DNA from: a virus
Lineage: Duplodnaviria > Heunggongvirae > Uroviricota > Caudoviricetes
Strand: one strand, 5' to 3'
DNA: 63,123 nt
Virus record (IMG/VR): IMGVR_UViG_3300046096_000179
Span: 1 to 63,123 of that record
Made by a program: the position numbers and the translations under genes. Positions 36,169 through 46,116 of the stretch are shown here, piece after piece; position 1 is the first letter of the stretch; the number at the start of each line of letters is the position of its first letter. The notes under the pieces were generated by a model that saw only the letters and a list, made by a program, of their open reading frames with translations, made no database searches and was not told the origin of the DNA.

Positions 36169-38232
36169 ATGACAAAAAAATTCTCATCTTTCCTTGCCGA
36201 AGCATTGAGTCCATCCCAGAAGAAGACTGTCGATGACTGGACTGCCGATAGACCAATTGCAGCCAAGAGGCTGTCCGAGCATGTCTTTGGTGGCAAGGAT
36301 GTTCTGATTCATCCTCTGAGCAGGGATACGAATAATACACCAATTCACCCGGTTGTGCAAGAGCACCTGAGTCAGCATGGTTATACGATTCCTTCCGGCA
36401 AGGATTACCATGCCGGGTATGCTGTTGACAAGCATAACCGAATCGTCACGATTGGTAAGGCGCTGAGTCGAACCAAAGCGTCACCTGAGATTAGTTCTGC
36501 GTTTGAGAATGACCCCAATCGAGCATCCAAGGGTGTGGATTTGTCTGTTGCCTATACATGGCATCCCCATCATGTGGCTGCAATGTCAACGGATCGGGGA
36601 TGGACTTCTTGTATTGATATGTCTGGCGGCAACAGCAAGGGCTACTTGCAGCATGATGTTGCTAATGGAACTCATGTGGCATACCTGATTCATTCGGATG
36701 ACCATAAGATTGAGCACCCACTGGCTCGAATTGCCCTGAAGCCATTTTCCTCAATTGATGGGCATGTGGCTCTGATTCCTGAGCACAAGACCTATGGAAC
36801 GGCTTCTACGGCATTTTCGGATGCAGTGAATGACTTTACCGATACTCACTTCCCAATGAAGAAGAATACCCATTATCGGATACATTCCAGCCTGTATCAG
36901 GATTCTATTACCGGAACTTCTGACTATGATGACCAGACTATTCACGGTAAGGTTCATGATGCTGTTAATGGAGGGACCGGTTCTCATTTCATTCGTCGGG
37001 AATTGACATCTCCAAAGAACATCCATACTGCAATTGACACTCTGCTGGACGTCAAGCCGGAGAATGTCAACAACCCAGACAACATTGTTGCGGACAAGAC
37101 CTATGTTGCCAAAGACCTGATCCATAAATCACAAGAGACTCCAATCTCTCCCGATCATATCCATAAAGTAGTGGAAGCATCTGAAAGGGGTGATCTTGAT
37201 GGAAAGCGAATGGCGCATTCCCTGAGCGTCATAGGCAATCGGATGCAACCGCACACAGCAGCCAAGGTGGTTGATCTGGCAATTAAACACGGGGAACCTT
37301 TGGCAACGGACGCCGGTTCTGTCATCTATAACACTGGAGTTACCGGATCACAACTGCTGAAAGCAGCAAATGCCGGTTCTGTTTCCATCCATGATCTTTC
37401 CCCGGAAAAATATACCAAGGAAGCAATTGCCCAGATTCATGCGGATATTCCGCTGACCAAACCCAATGATGTGGCAATTAGCAACTCTCTCCAGAGCAAA
37501 CATATGCCAATGGCAGTTGTTCATGAGATTTCTGACAAAATCATGATGTCCCCAGAATCCGAATACAACATGGTTGCGATGGCAAAGAACCTTGGTGGAA
37601 ATGTTTCTGGTAAGCGAAACCCCAATTACTCGATTGATGATGCTCGGGAACTTGATTCCAAGGTTCAACGAATGGATGATGGAAATCACTATGGCTTGTC
37701 TCTGATACATCCACACGCCACAGTTGAAGATTTTGACAGACATCATGACCAGAAAACGGGGGCTATATCAACAGGAACTTTCCGGGCAATCAAGTCGGTT
37801 CCCGTCCTGAATCATCTTTTCTCCAGTCAGAAGCACCAGACCGACCTTCTGAATTCATTGTATACCCATGGAGTCAACCCCCATACCGAACACCATCATA
37901 CCATGATGGCTGCAGTTGGGCTCCCGGCTGGCCGAAAGAACGTATCCGAAATGCTGGCTAATGCCGATCCAAGATTGATATTCTCACCCAAGCATGTTGA
38001 AAATGTCAAGAAGAATATGAGTAATGCGGCATCAGTTCTGGCTAATGGCGATGATTACCATGATTCAATTCGTAAGGCTGTCAAGAATGCAGTTGATGAT
38101 CATGACCCCACATTCGCATCCAAGTTGATGGCAGTGACCCAGAATCGAGTTGCATTTCCCAAGGAACACTTGGATTATGTCCGCAAGGAACTGAATCATT
38201 CCTTTAACGACACCCCTGTTTACAAGGAATAA
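36169..38232 (+). CDS. His-rich hypothetical protein, paralog of 24999..27281; possible internal head protein
   Basis: CTAAATA at 36124-36130; MTKKFSSFLAE N-terminus; STDRGWTSC domain. Confidence 0.65.
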   Translation: MTKKFSSFLAEALSPSQKKTVDDWTADRPIAAKRLSEHVFGGKDVLIHPLSRDTNNTPIHPVVQEHLSQHGYTIPSGKDYHAGYAVDKHNRIVTIGKALSRTKASPEISSAFENDPNRASKGVDLSVAYTWHPHHVAAMSTDRGWTSCIDMSGGNSKGYLQHDVANGTHVAYLIHSDDHKIEHPLARIALKPFSSIDGHVALIPEHKTYGTASTAFSDAVNDFTDTHFPMKKNTHYRIHSSLYQDSITGTSDYDDQTIHGKVHDAVNGGTGSHFIRRELTSPKNIHTAIDTLLDVKPENVNNPDNIVADKTYVAKDLIHKSQETPISPDHIHKVVEASERGDLDGKRMAHSLSVIGNRMQPHTAAKVVDLAIKHGEPLATDAGSVIYNTGVTGSQLLKAANAGSVSIHDLSPEKYTKEAIAQIHADIPLTKPNDVAISNSLQSKHMPMAVVHEISDKIMMSPESEYNMVAMAKNLGGNVSGKRNPNYSIDDARELDSKVQRMDDGNHYGLSLIHPHATVEDFDRHHDQKTGAISTGTFRAIKSVPVLNHLFSSQKHQTDLLNSLYTHGVNPHTEHHHTMMAAVGLPAGRKNVSEMLANADPRLIFSPKHVENVKKNMSNAASVLANGDDYHDSIRKAVKNAVDDHDPTFASKLMAVTQNRVAFPKEHLDYVRKELNHSFNDTPVYKE

Positions 38233-38234
38233 AA

Positions 38235-38756
38235 ATGGCAGTCAATCTTTGCGACCTCCAGACCAACTACCTCCAGACCAATGGATTTCAATTGGTCTTA
38301 CCAAGGTTCCCTCTGGTTACCTACTTTGCCCAGAACTTCACATTTCCATCCCTGAGTCTACCAAATTCTCCGGTAGCCACGCCTTTCTCCAAGATGCAAT
38401 TCCCCGGAGATACCTTGGAATTTGAACCATTCACATTCAGCTTTATCGTTGATGATCGGATGCAGAACTACAAGGAAATTTACAACTGGTTGTATGCAAT
38501 CGGCAATGCTGAATCTTATGACAACTTCAGAAACTTCAACAACCGAGAAAAGATTGACAAGATGCAGCGCCTTGGTGAGCAGGATGCGACAGTAAGTATT
38601 CTATCAGCCAAGAGCAATCCAACCGGGCACGTTCTTTTTCGGGATGCGTTTCCAATCTCCCTGAGTGGTGCTGAATTTAGCACACAAGGAACGTCCACGG
38701 ATTATGTCATGGCTACCGCCACTTTTGCATATACCCTATTTGAATTCACCCCATAA
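38235..38756 (+). CDS. 3: Tail completion/terminator protein
   Basis: NYLQTNGF, GDTLEF..F..SFIVDD.MQNY.EIYNW, F.DAFP.SLS. Confidence 0.85.
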   Translation: MAVNLCDLQTNYLQTNGFQLVLPRFPLVTYFAQNFTFPSLSLPNSPVATPFSKMQFPGDTLEFEPFTFSFIVDDRMQNYKEIYNWLYAIGNAESYDNFRNFNNREKIDKMQRLGEQDATVSILSAKSNPTGHVLFRDAFPISLSGAEFSTQGTSTDYVMATATFAYTLFEFTP

Positions 38757-38759
38757 AAC

Positions 38760-40268
38760 ATGGTTTCTATTGAAAAGATCAGCGAGAGTCATCTGAAGGT
38801 AATGGGTGAGGCATCCGAGGAACTGGACATCAAGCAGTTCTTCACGTTCAAGGTTCCCGGCTATCAGTTCTCCCCCAAGTATAAATCTGGCGTGTGGGAC
38901 GGAAGTATCTCCATGTATGACGCCAGAACCAAGTTGCTCCCGTTGGGGTTGTATCCTCGATTGGAGGGGTTCTTGGATGAGTCCAATGTTGAGTTCTCAA
39001 TCCGGGAAAATGACAACTATGACTTGGATGATGTTGATACTGTTGGCATTGAGGAACTGACTGAATATCTGACGGATTTGGATGTTCATCTACCAAGGGG
39101 AGCGTCTATTCGGGAATACCAGATAGATGCCATTCATAAGGCAATCACCCAGAAGAAGATTACCCTAGTCTCCCCAACTTCATCGGGTAAATCATTGGTA
39201 CTTTACTGTTGCATTCGTTGGATTCTGGACAGGAACCCTCACGCCAGAATCATTCTGATTGTCCCTACGGTTCAACTTGTGACTCAGATGTATTCGGACT
39301 TTGAGGAATACTCCGTTGATAATGGGTTTGATGTATCCAAGTGGACACAGAAGTTGTTTACTGGACAACCAAGGGAACTGGTCAAGAACATTCTGATCAC
39401 CACATGGCAGTCTATGAAGAACATTGCCAATCAGCCTGCTGTTGGGATGAAAGTCATGTCCCAGTATAACGCTGTTTTCTTTGATGAATGTCATCAGGCC
39501 AAGGCAACTGAAAGCGCGGCAATCTTGGAGAAGTGTCGGAATGCTTCTTATCGAATCGGCACTACAGGAACTCTGGATAACCAGAAAATCCATCAGTTGC
39601 AGATTGAGGGTTACTTGGGGCCGGTGCATAAGGTCATCACCACCAAGGAATTGATGGATAGCGGTCAAGTATCTCAGTTGGATATTCGCTGCCTATCATT
39701 GGTATATCCAGATGACATCAAGAAGTCAATGAAAAAGACCAAGTACCCAGATGAGATTGAATTCCTGCTGGGATTGAACAAAAGAAACGAATTCATCGCC
39801 AAGATTTCGTGTGCTACTGTAGGAACAACTTTGGTATTGACCAAGCTCAGGGACAAACACGCCAAGCCTCTGTATGAGTTGATTTCATCCATGACGGACA
39901 AGCCAGTTTACTTTGTGGCCGGGACTATCAAGGCAACAGAGCGCGAAGCCATCCGAAAGGTGGCAAACATTGATGATTGTGTCATTGTAGCAACAGCCCA
40001 GACAATGAGCACAGGAGTCAATATCCCAAATCTGAGGAATGTTCTTTTTGCCCTACCGTCCAAGGATGTAATCACAATCACACAGTCAATTGGTCGCGGC
40101 CTGCGATTGGCTGAGGGTAAAGAAAAGATGACCCTGATTGACATTATAGATGACATCAGATATGGAAAGCGCGAAAACTATGCTTATGAACATGCCTTGG
40201 AACGAATTGCCTTGTATCGCAAAGAAAAATTCAATGTAACCGTAACCGAAATCCCATTCCAACCATGA
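38760..40268 (+). CDS. uvsW: UvsW SF2 helicase
   Basis: FTFKVPGYQF.PKY..G.WDG, SPTSSGKS, FDECH, GTTGT, QSIGRGLR, RENYAY.H. Confidence 0.95.
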   Translation: MVSIEKISESHLKVMGEASEELDIKQFFTFKVPGYQFSPKYKSGVWDGSISMYDARTKLLPLGLYPRLEGFLDESNVEFSIRENDNYDLDDVDTVGIEELTEYLTDLDVHLPRGASIREYQIDAIHKAITQKKITLVSPTSSGKSLVLYCCIRWILDRNPHARIILIVPTVQLVTQMYSDFEEYSVDNGFDVSKWTQKLFTGQPRELVKNILITTWQSMKNIANQPAVGMKVMSQYNAVFFDECHQAKATESAAILEKCRNASYRIGTTGTLDNQKIHQLQIEGYLGPVHKVITTKELMDSGQVSQLDIRCLSLVYPDDIKKSMKKTKYPDEIEFLLGLNKRNEFIAKISCATVGTTLVLTKLRDKHAKPLYELISSMTDKPVYFVAGTIKATEREAIRKVANIDDCVIVATAQTMSTGVNIPNLRNVLFALPSKDVITITQSIGRGLRLAEGKEKMTLIDIIDDIRYGKRENYAYEHALERIALYRKEKFNVTVTEIPFQP

Positions 40269-41155
40269 AGAACAAAAAGAAAAAAGATCAGGATGTATCC
40301 ACCCCGTTTGGTGATACGCAATCCCAATTGTCGGTTCTCTTGGAAGGGCTGAAGGAAACCAAGCGCCAACAGAAAGAGGAATTCTCTGCCTTGGCTGAGG
40401 AAACAATACCCAAGTTAGGTGACTTTTTCAGCCTGCTGGCTGGCAAGAAAGTCCCAACGGTCGTCAAGGAAGTTGTTGCTGAAGCCGTGGCTGAAGTGCC
40501 ATTCGTTGATGAACCAATGGCAGAGCAGATTCAGGTTGTTGAGCAGGCAATTGAAGAAGTCACTCAGGTTGTTGAACAGATTCAGGCTGTGGAGGCCACC
40601 CCAGTTCCTGTTGACCAGCAACCCGCACTAAGGCTCTTAAAACAGTCTATATCGGCCTTGGAAGCTCGGTTGGTCACTGAGGTCAACCAGCTTCGCAAGA
40701 TGGTTCAGATTGCATCTAAAGCGGCTGCAAATGCAGGTGGTGGGGGTGAGGTTCTGTTCAGGCGACTGGACGATGTTGCGGTTGGTAGTCTGGTCAATGG
40801 AGATTTCTTGGTCTGGGATGAGACAACCAAGAGATTCGTAAATAAGACAGTGTTCATTGGGGTTCCCGGTGGACTGGCTAATCAGGTTCTGATTAAGAAA
40901 AGCGATACAGATTTTGACTACGAATGGACTGATATGGTCACCACACAACAAGAATTTACCAAGCTGATTGACGATACAAACCCATTAATCACCTATATTG
41001 GGGAAGCAAATCCAACAACTCCACCAACAGCATCAACATGGCGCATTCGACGAATCACCTATGATGCAAACCTTAATGTGGACTCAGTTGAATTTGCCGG
41101 AACCGGAACATTTACTCACTCTTGGGTAAATAGAGCAACACTTTCATATTCGTGA
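40265..41155 (+). CDS. Hypothetical virion/fibre-like protein
   Basis: Coiled-coil N-terminal half; GGGGEV..RRLDDV, GQVLxK-type motif, TYIGEA...WRIRRI C-terminus. Confidence 0.55.
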   Translation: MKNKKKKDQDVSTPFGDTQSQLSVLLEGLKETKRQQKEEFSALAEETIPKLGDFFSLLAGKKVPTVVKEVVAEAVAEVPFVDEPMAEQIQVVEQAIEEVTQVVEQIQAVEATPVPVDQQPALRLLKQSISALEARLVTEVNQLRKMVQIASKAAANAGGGGEVLFRRLDDVAVGSLVNGDFLVWDETTKRFVNKTVFIGVPGGLANQVLIKKSDTDFDYEWTDMVTTQQEFTKLIDDTNPLITYIGEANPTTPPTASTWRIRRITYDANLNVDSVEFAGTGTFTHSWVNRATLSYS

Positions 41156-41511
41156 TTTACAACCAACTCAGTTTAGCCATGACATTTATAGACTCATCTT
41201 TTTTCCAGATTACGGTTATGCTGACATGCATATTTGCTCTGGTAACCCTGATTCTTCAGGTGGTAGGTAGCATCAATACCGAACGTAACTACAGTAAGGT
41301 GACTTCAGTTCTGTTAAAGAATACCAGCAACATTGGGAACATTCAGATTGAAATTGACCGGCTTAAACATGAACTTGTCCTGATGAGCATTGAGAATCAG
41401 AAGTTGGATGCTGAAGTCAAGATTCTGGTTATTCGGGTTGCCAAGTTACAAGAACAGGCAACTTGTATGAAACAATGTGGAAGACCATCGGAGTTTCGAG
41501 AGCTTTCCTGA
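41152..41511 (+). CDS. Membrane-anchored coiled-coil protein (holin candidate, unproven)
   Basis: One N-terminal hydrophobic helix followed by a heptad region. Confidence 0.4.
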   Translation: MIYNQLSLAMTFIDSSFFQITVMLTCIFALVTLILQVVGSINTERNYSKVTSVLLKNTSNIGNIQIEIDRLKHELVLMSIENQKLDAEVKILVIRVAKLQEQATCMKQCGRPSEFRELS

Positions 41512-41543
41512 ATTGCCAATAACCCTAAATAATGAGGTAAAGA

Positions 41544-41750
41544 ATGTCTGAACAAGATGCTCTGGACAAGAAACTGGAATGTGCTTTTGCTGGAATAGGT
41601 GCTGAGGTTGGAAAATTGGTTCGTTGTCTGATACAGCAGGAACTTGCAACTCATGTTGCCCGTATAGAACAACTGAATGCCATCCTGACAGGTGGCGCTT
41701 GTGCGCCGACAGCCAGCAATAGCAATGACGGGGAATCACCAGCCGCCTAA
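41544..41750 (+). CDS. Small hypothetical protein resembling the N-terminus of the next gene
   Basis: CTAAATA at 41525, GAGG RBS; LECAFAGIG motif. Confidence 0.55.
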   Translation: MSEQDALDKKLECAFAGIGAEVGKLVRCLIQQELATHVARIEQLNAILTGGACAPTASNSNDGESPAA

Positions 41751-41790
41751 AGTGCTGGATTTTTAGCTAAAAATAGAAAGAGAAAAGTCA

Positions 41791-42618
41791 ATGACTACTT
41801 TGAATCAAACCTTGGAATGCTTGTTGGACGGTATTGGCCTTGCCACTGGCGAAGCCATCCGTACCGAAATCAACACCCTGTTGGGCATGCCCAACGTGGA
41901 TATTCAGGCTCTGAACGCCGCCGTTGCTCAGATTCAATCCATTCTGGATTCCGATCCCGCAACCGAAGGCTATCAGACCGCCCAAAACATCATCACCCAA
42001 CTGGTTGCTCTGGGTAACCGCCTTGACAGCTTGGAAAACAGCACCGTTGTTGCCCAACTGCAAGTTCTGGTCAACAACATCAACGTTGCTCTGGGTGAAG
42101 AAACCGCTGCTCGTCAAGCTGCTGACCAAGCACTGCAGGATACCATTGCTGCACTGACTGCTCAGTTGGACAACTTGGCTAGTCAAGTTGACGTTATCAA
42201 TCAGACTACTCCTGATTGCGATTGTGTTGCTATTGCTGCACAGATCACCGCTCTGCAGAATGATATTGGCAATCTGACCGGTACTGATGCTGCCCAAGCT
42301 GCACAGATCACCGCTCTGCAATCCAGCATCACCGAGTTGTCCGGTGCTGTGGCTGCTGCTTCTGCCGCCGCCCAAGCTGCTGCTACTGCTGCTGCTACTG
42401 CCCAAGCCACGGCAACCGCCGCCGCCGCTGCCGCCGCTGCAGCACAGGCTGCTGTGTCCACCTTGGATGCACGTGAAGAAGGTCGTCACAACGGCCATGG
42501 CAACCGCCTGAACGCTCTGGAGTCCTTCCAAGCTGGCGTGGAAGCCATCGACTGCGTGGCTCTGGTGGCTCGTTTCCGCACCAACGTAACCGCTGGCTTG
42601 GCCGGTTCCGGTTACTGA
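41791..42618 (+). CDS. Ala-rich coiled-coil fibre-like protein
   Basis: LECLLDGIG, AQITALQ repeats, poly-Ala; highly-expressed codon bias. Confidence 0.6.
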   Translation: MTTLNQTLECLLDGIGLATGEAIRTEINTLLGMPNVDIQALNAAVAQIQSILDSDPATEGYQTAQNIITQLVALGNRLDSLENSTVVAQLQVLVNNINVALGEETAARQAADQALQDTIAALTAQLDNLASQVDVINQTTPDCDCVAIAAQITALQNDIGNLTGTDAAQAAQITALQSSITELSGAVAAASAAAQAAATAAATAQATATAAAAAAAAAQAAVSTLDAREEGRHNGHGNRLNALESFQAGVEAIDCVALVARFRTNVTAGLAGSGY

Positions 42619-42626
42619 TCTGACTG

Positions 42627-42815
42627 ATGGCTACCATCCCAGTCATTCATATGCCCAATTCCGAAGTCTATAAGACTCGGTTTTCTGTATGTGAGAATTG
42701 CGAACACAAAAAAGAACGCAATGCTCTGGGGTGGGTAGTTGTCGTCTGTGGGGTATGCAACTGCCCCATCAAGACCAAATGCATCACTGGACCATGCCCA
42801 AAAAGCAAATGGTAA
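42627..42815 (+). CDS. Small Cys-rich (Zn-binding) protein
   Basis: CENCEH...CGVCNC......CPKSKW. Confidence 0.55.
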   Translation: MATIPVIHMPNSEVYKTRFSVCENCEHKKERNALGWVVVVCGVCNCPIKTKCITGPCPKSKW

Positions 42816-42818
42816 CCG

Positions 42819-43430
42819 GTGATGCATTCCTCGTTGCTGAGTATTCATGTCCTCCAGACAAGGGATGATATTTCAAATTGTCTGAATAGTCTAAAGTCCT
42901 CCGGTTGCTCAATCAGTGTCATTGACAACAAAGGCAAGAATATACTGACCGGCAGAGAATCCGGGTTTAAAGAGGGCGATTTGCCCTTTGTTTCTTTCTG
43001 CGATGATGACGATGAATCTATGTTGACCACTGATTTGGTTGATTCTTTGCTCGGACATAATGCAGACGCCCTATATACCAACTCAATTGTTTCCTATTCA
43101 ACTGGATACACGCATCCACTCAGTTTCAAAGGCGTAACCGAATGGAATCTTACCAGTGAAACTCGTGGCATAACTAAGCCACACCAGACCATAATCTATC
43201 GCAGGGATTTTGCTCTGAATGCTCTTAAAGAAGCCAAGAAGATAATCCAGAAGCAAGACTGGCTTCCAAATGACTGCGATTTTGTAATGAGATTGATTGT
43301 TTCATACGGGGTTGGTTGGAAATATGTCCCCATAACCACATACAAATGGAACATACACAATTCCAATGACCATGCCAGATCGCATAGTCATTTTCAGAAA
43401 ATTAGGCGATACTTTGCCTCCGGTAAATAA
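42819..43430 (+). CDS. GT-A fold (family 2-like) glycosyltransferase
   Basis: R..GF..G..PFVSFCDDDD DxD motif; H..I.YRR; CDF.MRL. Confidence 0.65.
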   Translation: MMHSSLLSIHVLQTRDDISNCLNSLKSSGCSISVIDNKGKNILTGRESGFKEGDLPFVSFCDDDDESMLTTDLVDSLLGHNADALYTNSIVSYSTGYTHPLSFKGVTEWNLTSETRGITKPHQTIIYRRDFALNALKEAKKIIQKQDWLPNDCDFVMRLIVSYGVGWKYVPITTYKWNIHNSNDHARSHSHFQKIRRYFASGK

Positions 43431-43463
43431 CTTCTGAACATTAGATTTTAGGATTCATTCCAA

Positions 43464-46052
43464 ATGGCATCATACACAATAACGACAACAAAGTATATCA
43501 CTGAATTGACTCTGAAAACCGGCTCAGATACGTATAACGTAGATGCCGGAACTTTAATCATTGACAGCGATACTCGGTATGGCCCAAACACAACCCCCAC
43601 AACTGGCCCTCTCGGAAACCTTACGGTCAGTTCAACATTGGGTGGACTATTCCAAGTCACTACCGAATTCACCAAACTGGTTTCATTCATCGGTAATGTA
43701 GGCACCATACCTGCTGCCGGAACGGTCATCACGCAAGGTTCAGCCTCTGGTGTATTACTTTGTGTGATGTCTGACCGGACTGGTGGTACTGTATATTCTA
43801 CAGGAGATGCGGTTCCCCCCAATGGTTGGATGAAACTGCGCGTTACTGCCGGTACTTTTGTTGCCGGTAGCGCAGTTTCTGGTATTGCAGTGACGGGGAT
43901 AACTGATCAAGAGCAGGGGTGGATTCATCTCGTCGGGGTTAAAGATCGCGTACATAGCCATTCTCGCCTTGGTTCAATGTCAATGCGCGGCGATTGGTTT
44001 AGCGTCGGACAGACCAACGGCATACGAGGCCAGACAATGCAACTTCCACATTTTACGGCAGCAACACGAACTGATTATCCGGGCGTTGAAATTGAAACTG
44101 CTCCCGGTTCTGGCGTATATGATTTTTGGCCAAATGCTGGTTTGTATGCAACTTCAGTAAACTGCTCAACCGATAGTCGCTCTCGATTTGTGTACATCAG
44201 CACAGCAGGCGTGGTTATGCTTGGTCTTGGGAATGATGCGTCCGTCTGCAATGATCTTCCGGTGTCTGGATGCAAAGTAAGGATTCCGTCAATCATTCTG
44301 CAAGAGTGTGATGTTACCAATCTACAGACAAACGTGGAACCATGGAGATCAATGGGAAATCGCTATGAATCGGCGTTTACTAACGCTGGGCTTTGTGATA
44401 TTCGCAAGGTGACCGGCACATGGTATTGGAACATCCTACAGGCATATTCTCTGTATATTCGGGATGTTCATGTCTGCGACAATATCCTGATTGGCGAGGT
44501 GGCAACTCAGATTGATGTTGACAATCTACATCAGGGGCTGTCTACAGCAACGACCGAGTTTGCATCTAACGGTATCGTGTTTCAGCAATGCTACTACGGT
44601 GGTGTGATTGGAACGATGTCATGGCTCAGGGGGCGAGCATCTGCAACATCTGGGTATGCTGCAATCATTGTCAACTGCTATGGTGGTTGGAACATCAACA
44701 AACTTCGTGGCGGGCATACAGGAGCAGCGACTGCTGTTTCTGGTGCAATATACCTGAACACAAACGGACCAATGATCATTAATGAGATTTGGACATTCAC
44801 CAAGCGGGTATTGGTTCAGGCTGCCGCTGGACTAAAGATTAATACCCACTATTATGCCGACAACTGTGTGGGGACAACCCCAACAACAATTGGGGCTCGT
44901 GCGGTTGAATCGGTTGCAATGACTCAGAACTTGGTGATTGAAAACATCAAGAATTGGCCGGGTGTTGCTAACTGCCATCCATATTTGGGGTTGTTCTTTG
45001 CAAACACTACGCAAAATTCATCTCTGAGGTTTTGCGGAACTCCCGCTGAACCGTTCAATGCCGGAACCGTCAACTTGATGGCGTACATCTTTGATGATGG
45101 TGGCAACAACGCCGACATCATGATTCAACGCAATTGGACAACTGCTTTGCGTCTGGGTCTGCATGGAGGGACAAACACCACCAACAGATTCACTTCGGTC
45201 AATAACTACATGACCGATGCATCAAAGACAATTGGACCGCAGCAGCAGAACAGTGAGGTTCATGGCAACCGCTTCAACTCCGGTGGGGTTCCAACAAGCT
45301 ATTCTGCTGTGTATGGCAACTGTATGTGGGACGGGTTTACTGGAGACAACACAACCCGCGCTGCATTGATTCTTGTTGAAAAGAATGCAACCAATCCAGA
45401 CGCATATCAGGTTACGTATGGGCTCCCAAGATTCACAGGTGCTGGTCGATTGGCTATGTTGTTGGTTGGTGATCAGGTTGAATGGACATGGCCTTGGAAA
45501 ATTCTCGGGTGGAGTGGTCTGACTTCGTTTGCTCGTCAGGGGCAAAACGTAGCCAATATGACTTATGAATATGACTTGGATAAAGGTAACGGCTGGGGTG
45601 GTTGGAAAACTTGCTCTAATGCAAACCTGCTGGCTGAGACAGGTTTAGACCCTGTTGATGGATTCCGTCTGAGGATCAGGATTACGTGTATTGTTGCCAG
45701 CACAACAAACCGGATTGATTCATTCAACATTGATGGCGCAACCGCCTTGGCATTGCAGAATGCTGCATTGTATCCGCTTCCCGTTTCCGGATTCAAGATT
45801 GTTGGATTCCCTGCCGGTTCTGATATTGTCATTTATGACGATCTGATTCCTGCCGACGGCACGGGAGCAAACGTGCTGGCTACTGGGGATAACGTATCCA
45901 ATGAATGGACGTTTACCTATTCGGGATTCCCGACCATCACCATTGGGGTATTCCGACCAGAATATGTCCCTGCTTATTTCCGAGGCATCACGATGACTGG
46001 CATTGACTCTGAATACAAAGTTCAATTGTTCCGGGATAGAAACTACATCTGA
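43464..46052 (+). CDS. Large virion structural protein, probable beta-helix
   Basis: GTAAATA at 43423; Asn/Thr/Gly-rich repeats typical of beta-solenoid fibres or spikes. Confidence 0.55.
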   Translation: MASYTITTTKYITELTLKTGSDTYNVDAGTLIIDSDTRYGPNTTPTTGPLGNLTVSSTLGGLFQVTTEFTKLVSFIGNVGTIPAAGTVITQGSASGVLLCVMSDRTGGTVYSTGDAVPPNGWMKLRVTAGTFVAGSAVSGIAVTGITDQEQGWIHLVGVKDRVHSHSRLGSMSMRGDWFSVGQTNGIRGQTMQLPHFTAATRTDYPGVEIETAPGSGVYDFWPNAGLYATSVNCSTDSRSRFVYISTAGVVMLGLGNDASVCNDLPVSGCKVRIPSIILQECDVTNLQTNVEPWRSMGNRYESAFTNAGLCDIRKVTGTWYWNILQAYSLYIRDVHVCDNILIGEVATQIDVDNLHQGLSTATTEFASNGIVFQQCYYGGVIGTMSWLRGRASATSGYAAIIVNCYGGWNINKLRGGHTGAATAVSGAIYLNTNGPMIINEIWTFTKRVLVQAAAGLKINTHYYADNCVGTTPTTIGARAVESVAMTQNLVIENIKNWPGVANCHPYLGLFFANTTQNSSLRFCGTPAEPFNAGTVNLMAYIFDDGGNNADIMIQRNWTTALRLGLHGGTNTTNRFTSVNNYMTDASKTIGPQQQNSEVHGNRFNSGGVPTSYSAVYGNCMWDGFTGDNTTRAALILVEKNATNPDAYQVTYGLPRFTGAGRLAMLLVGDQVEWTWPWKILGWSGLTSFARQGQNVANMTYEYDLDKGNGWGGWKTCSNANLLAETGLDPVDGFRLRIRITCIVASTTNRIDSFNIDGATALALQNAALYPLPVSGFKIVGFPAGSDIVIYDDLIPADGTGANVLATGDNVSNEWTFTYSGFPTITIGVFRPEYVPAYFRGITMTGIDSEYKVQLFRDRNYI

Positions 46053-46116
46053 TTTTCCCTAAATAGTCAACGAAATTTTTTCTTTTAACAACCATAGATC
46101 ATAGAAAGATTCTATC

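Noticed and set aside
41152-41511. Firm holin assignment
   Set aside because: Only one hydrophobic helix, and no adjacent endolysin or similarity I can recognise; left as a low-confidence candidate.
42230-42450. Direct repeats and GCC/GCT runs
   Set aside because: They encode AQITALQ heptads and poly-Ala; no spacer structure, so not a CRISPR array or VNTR element.
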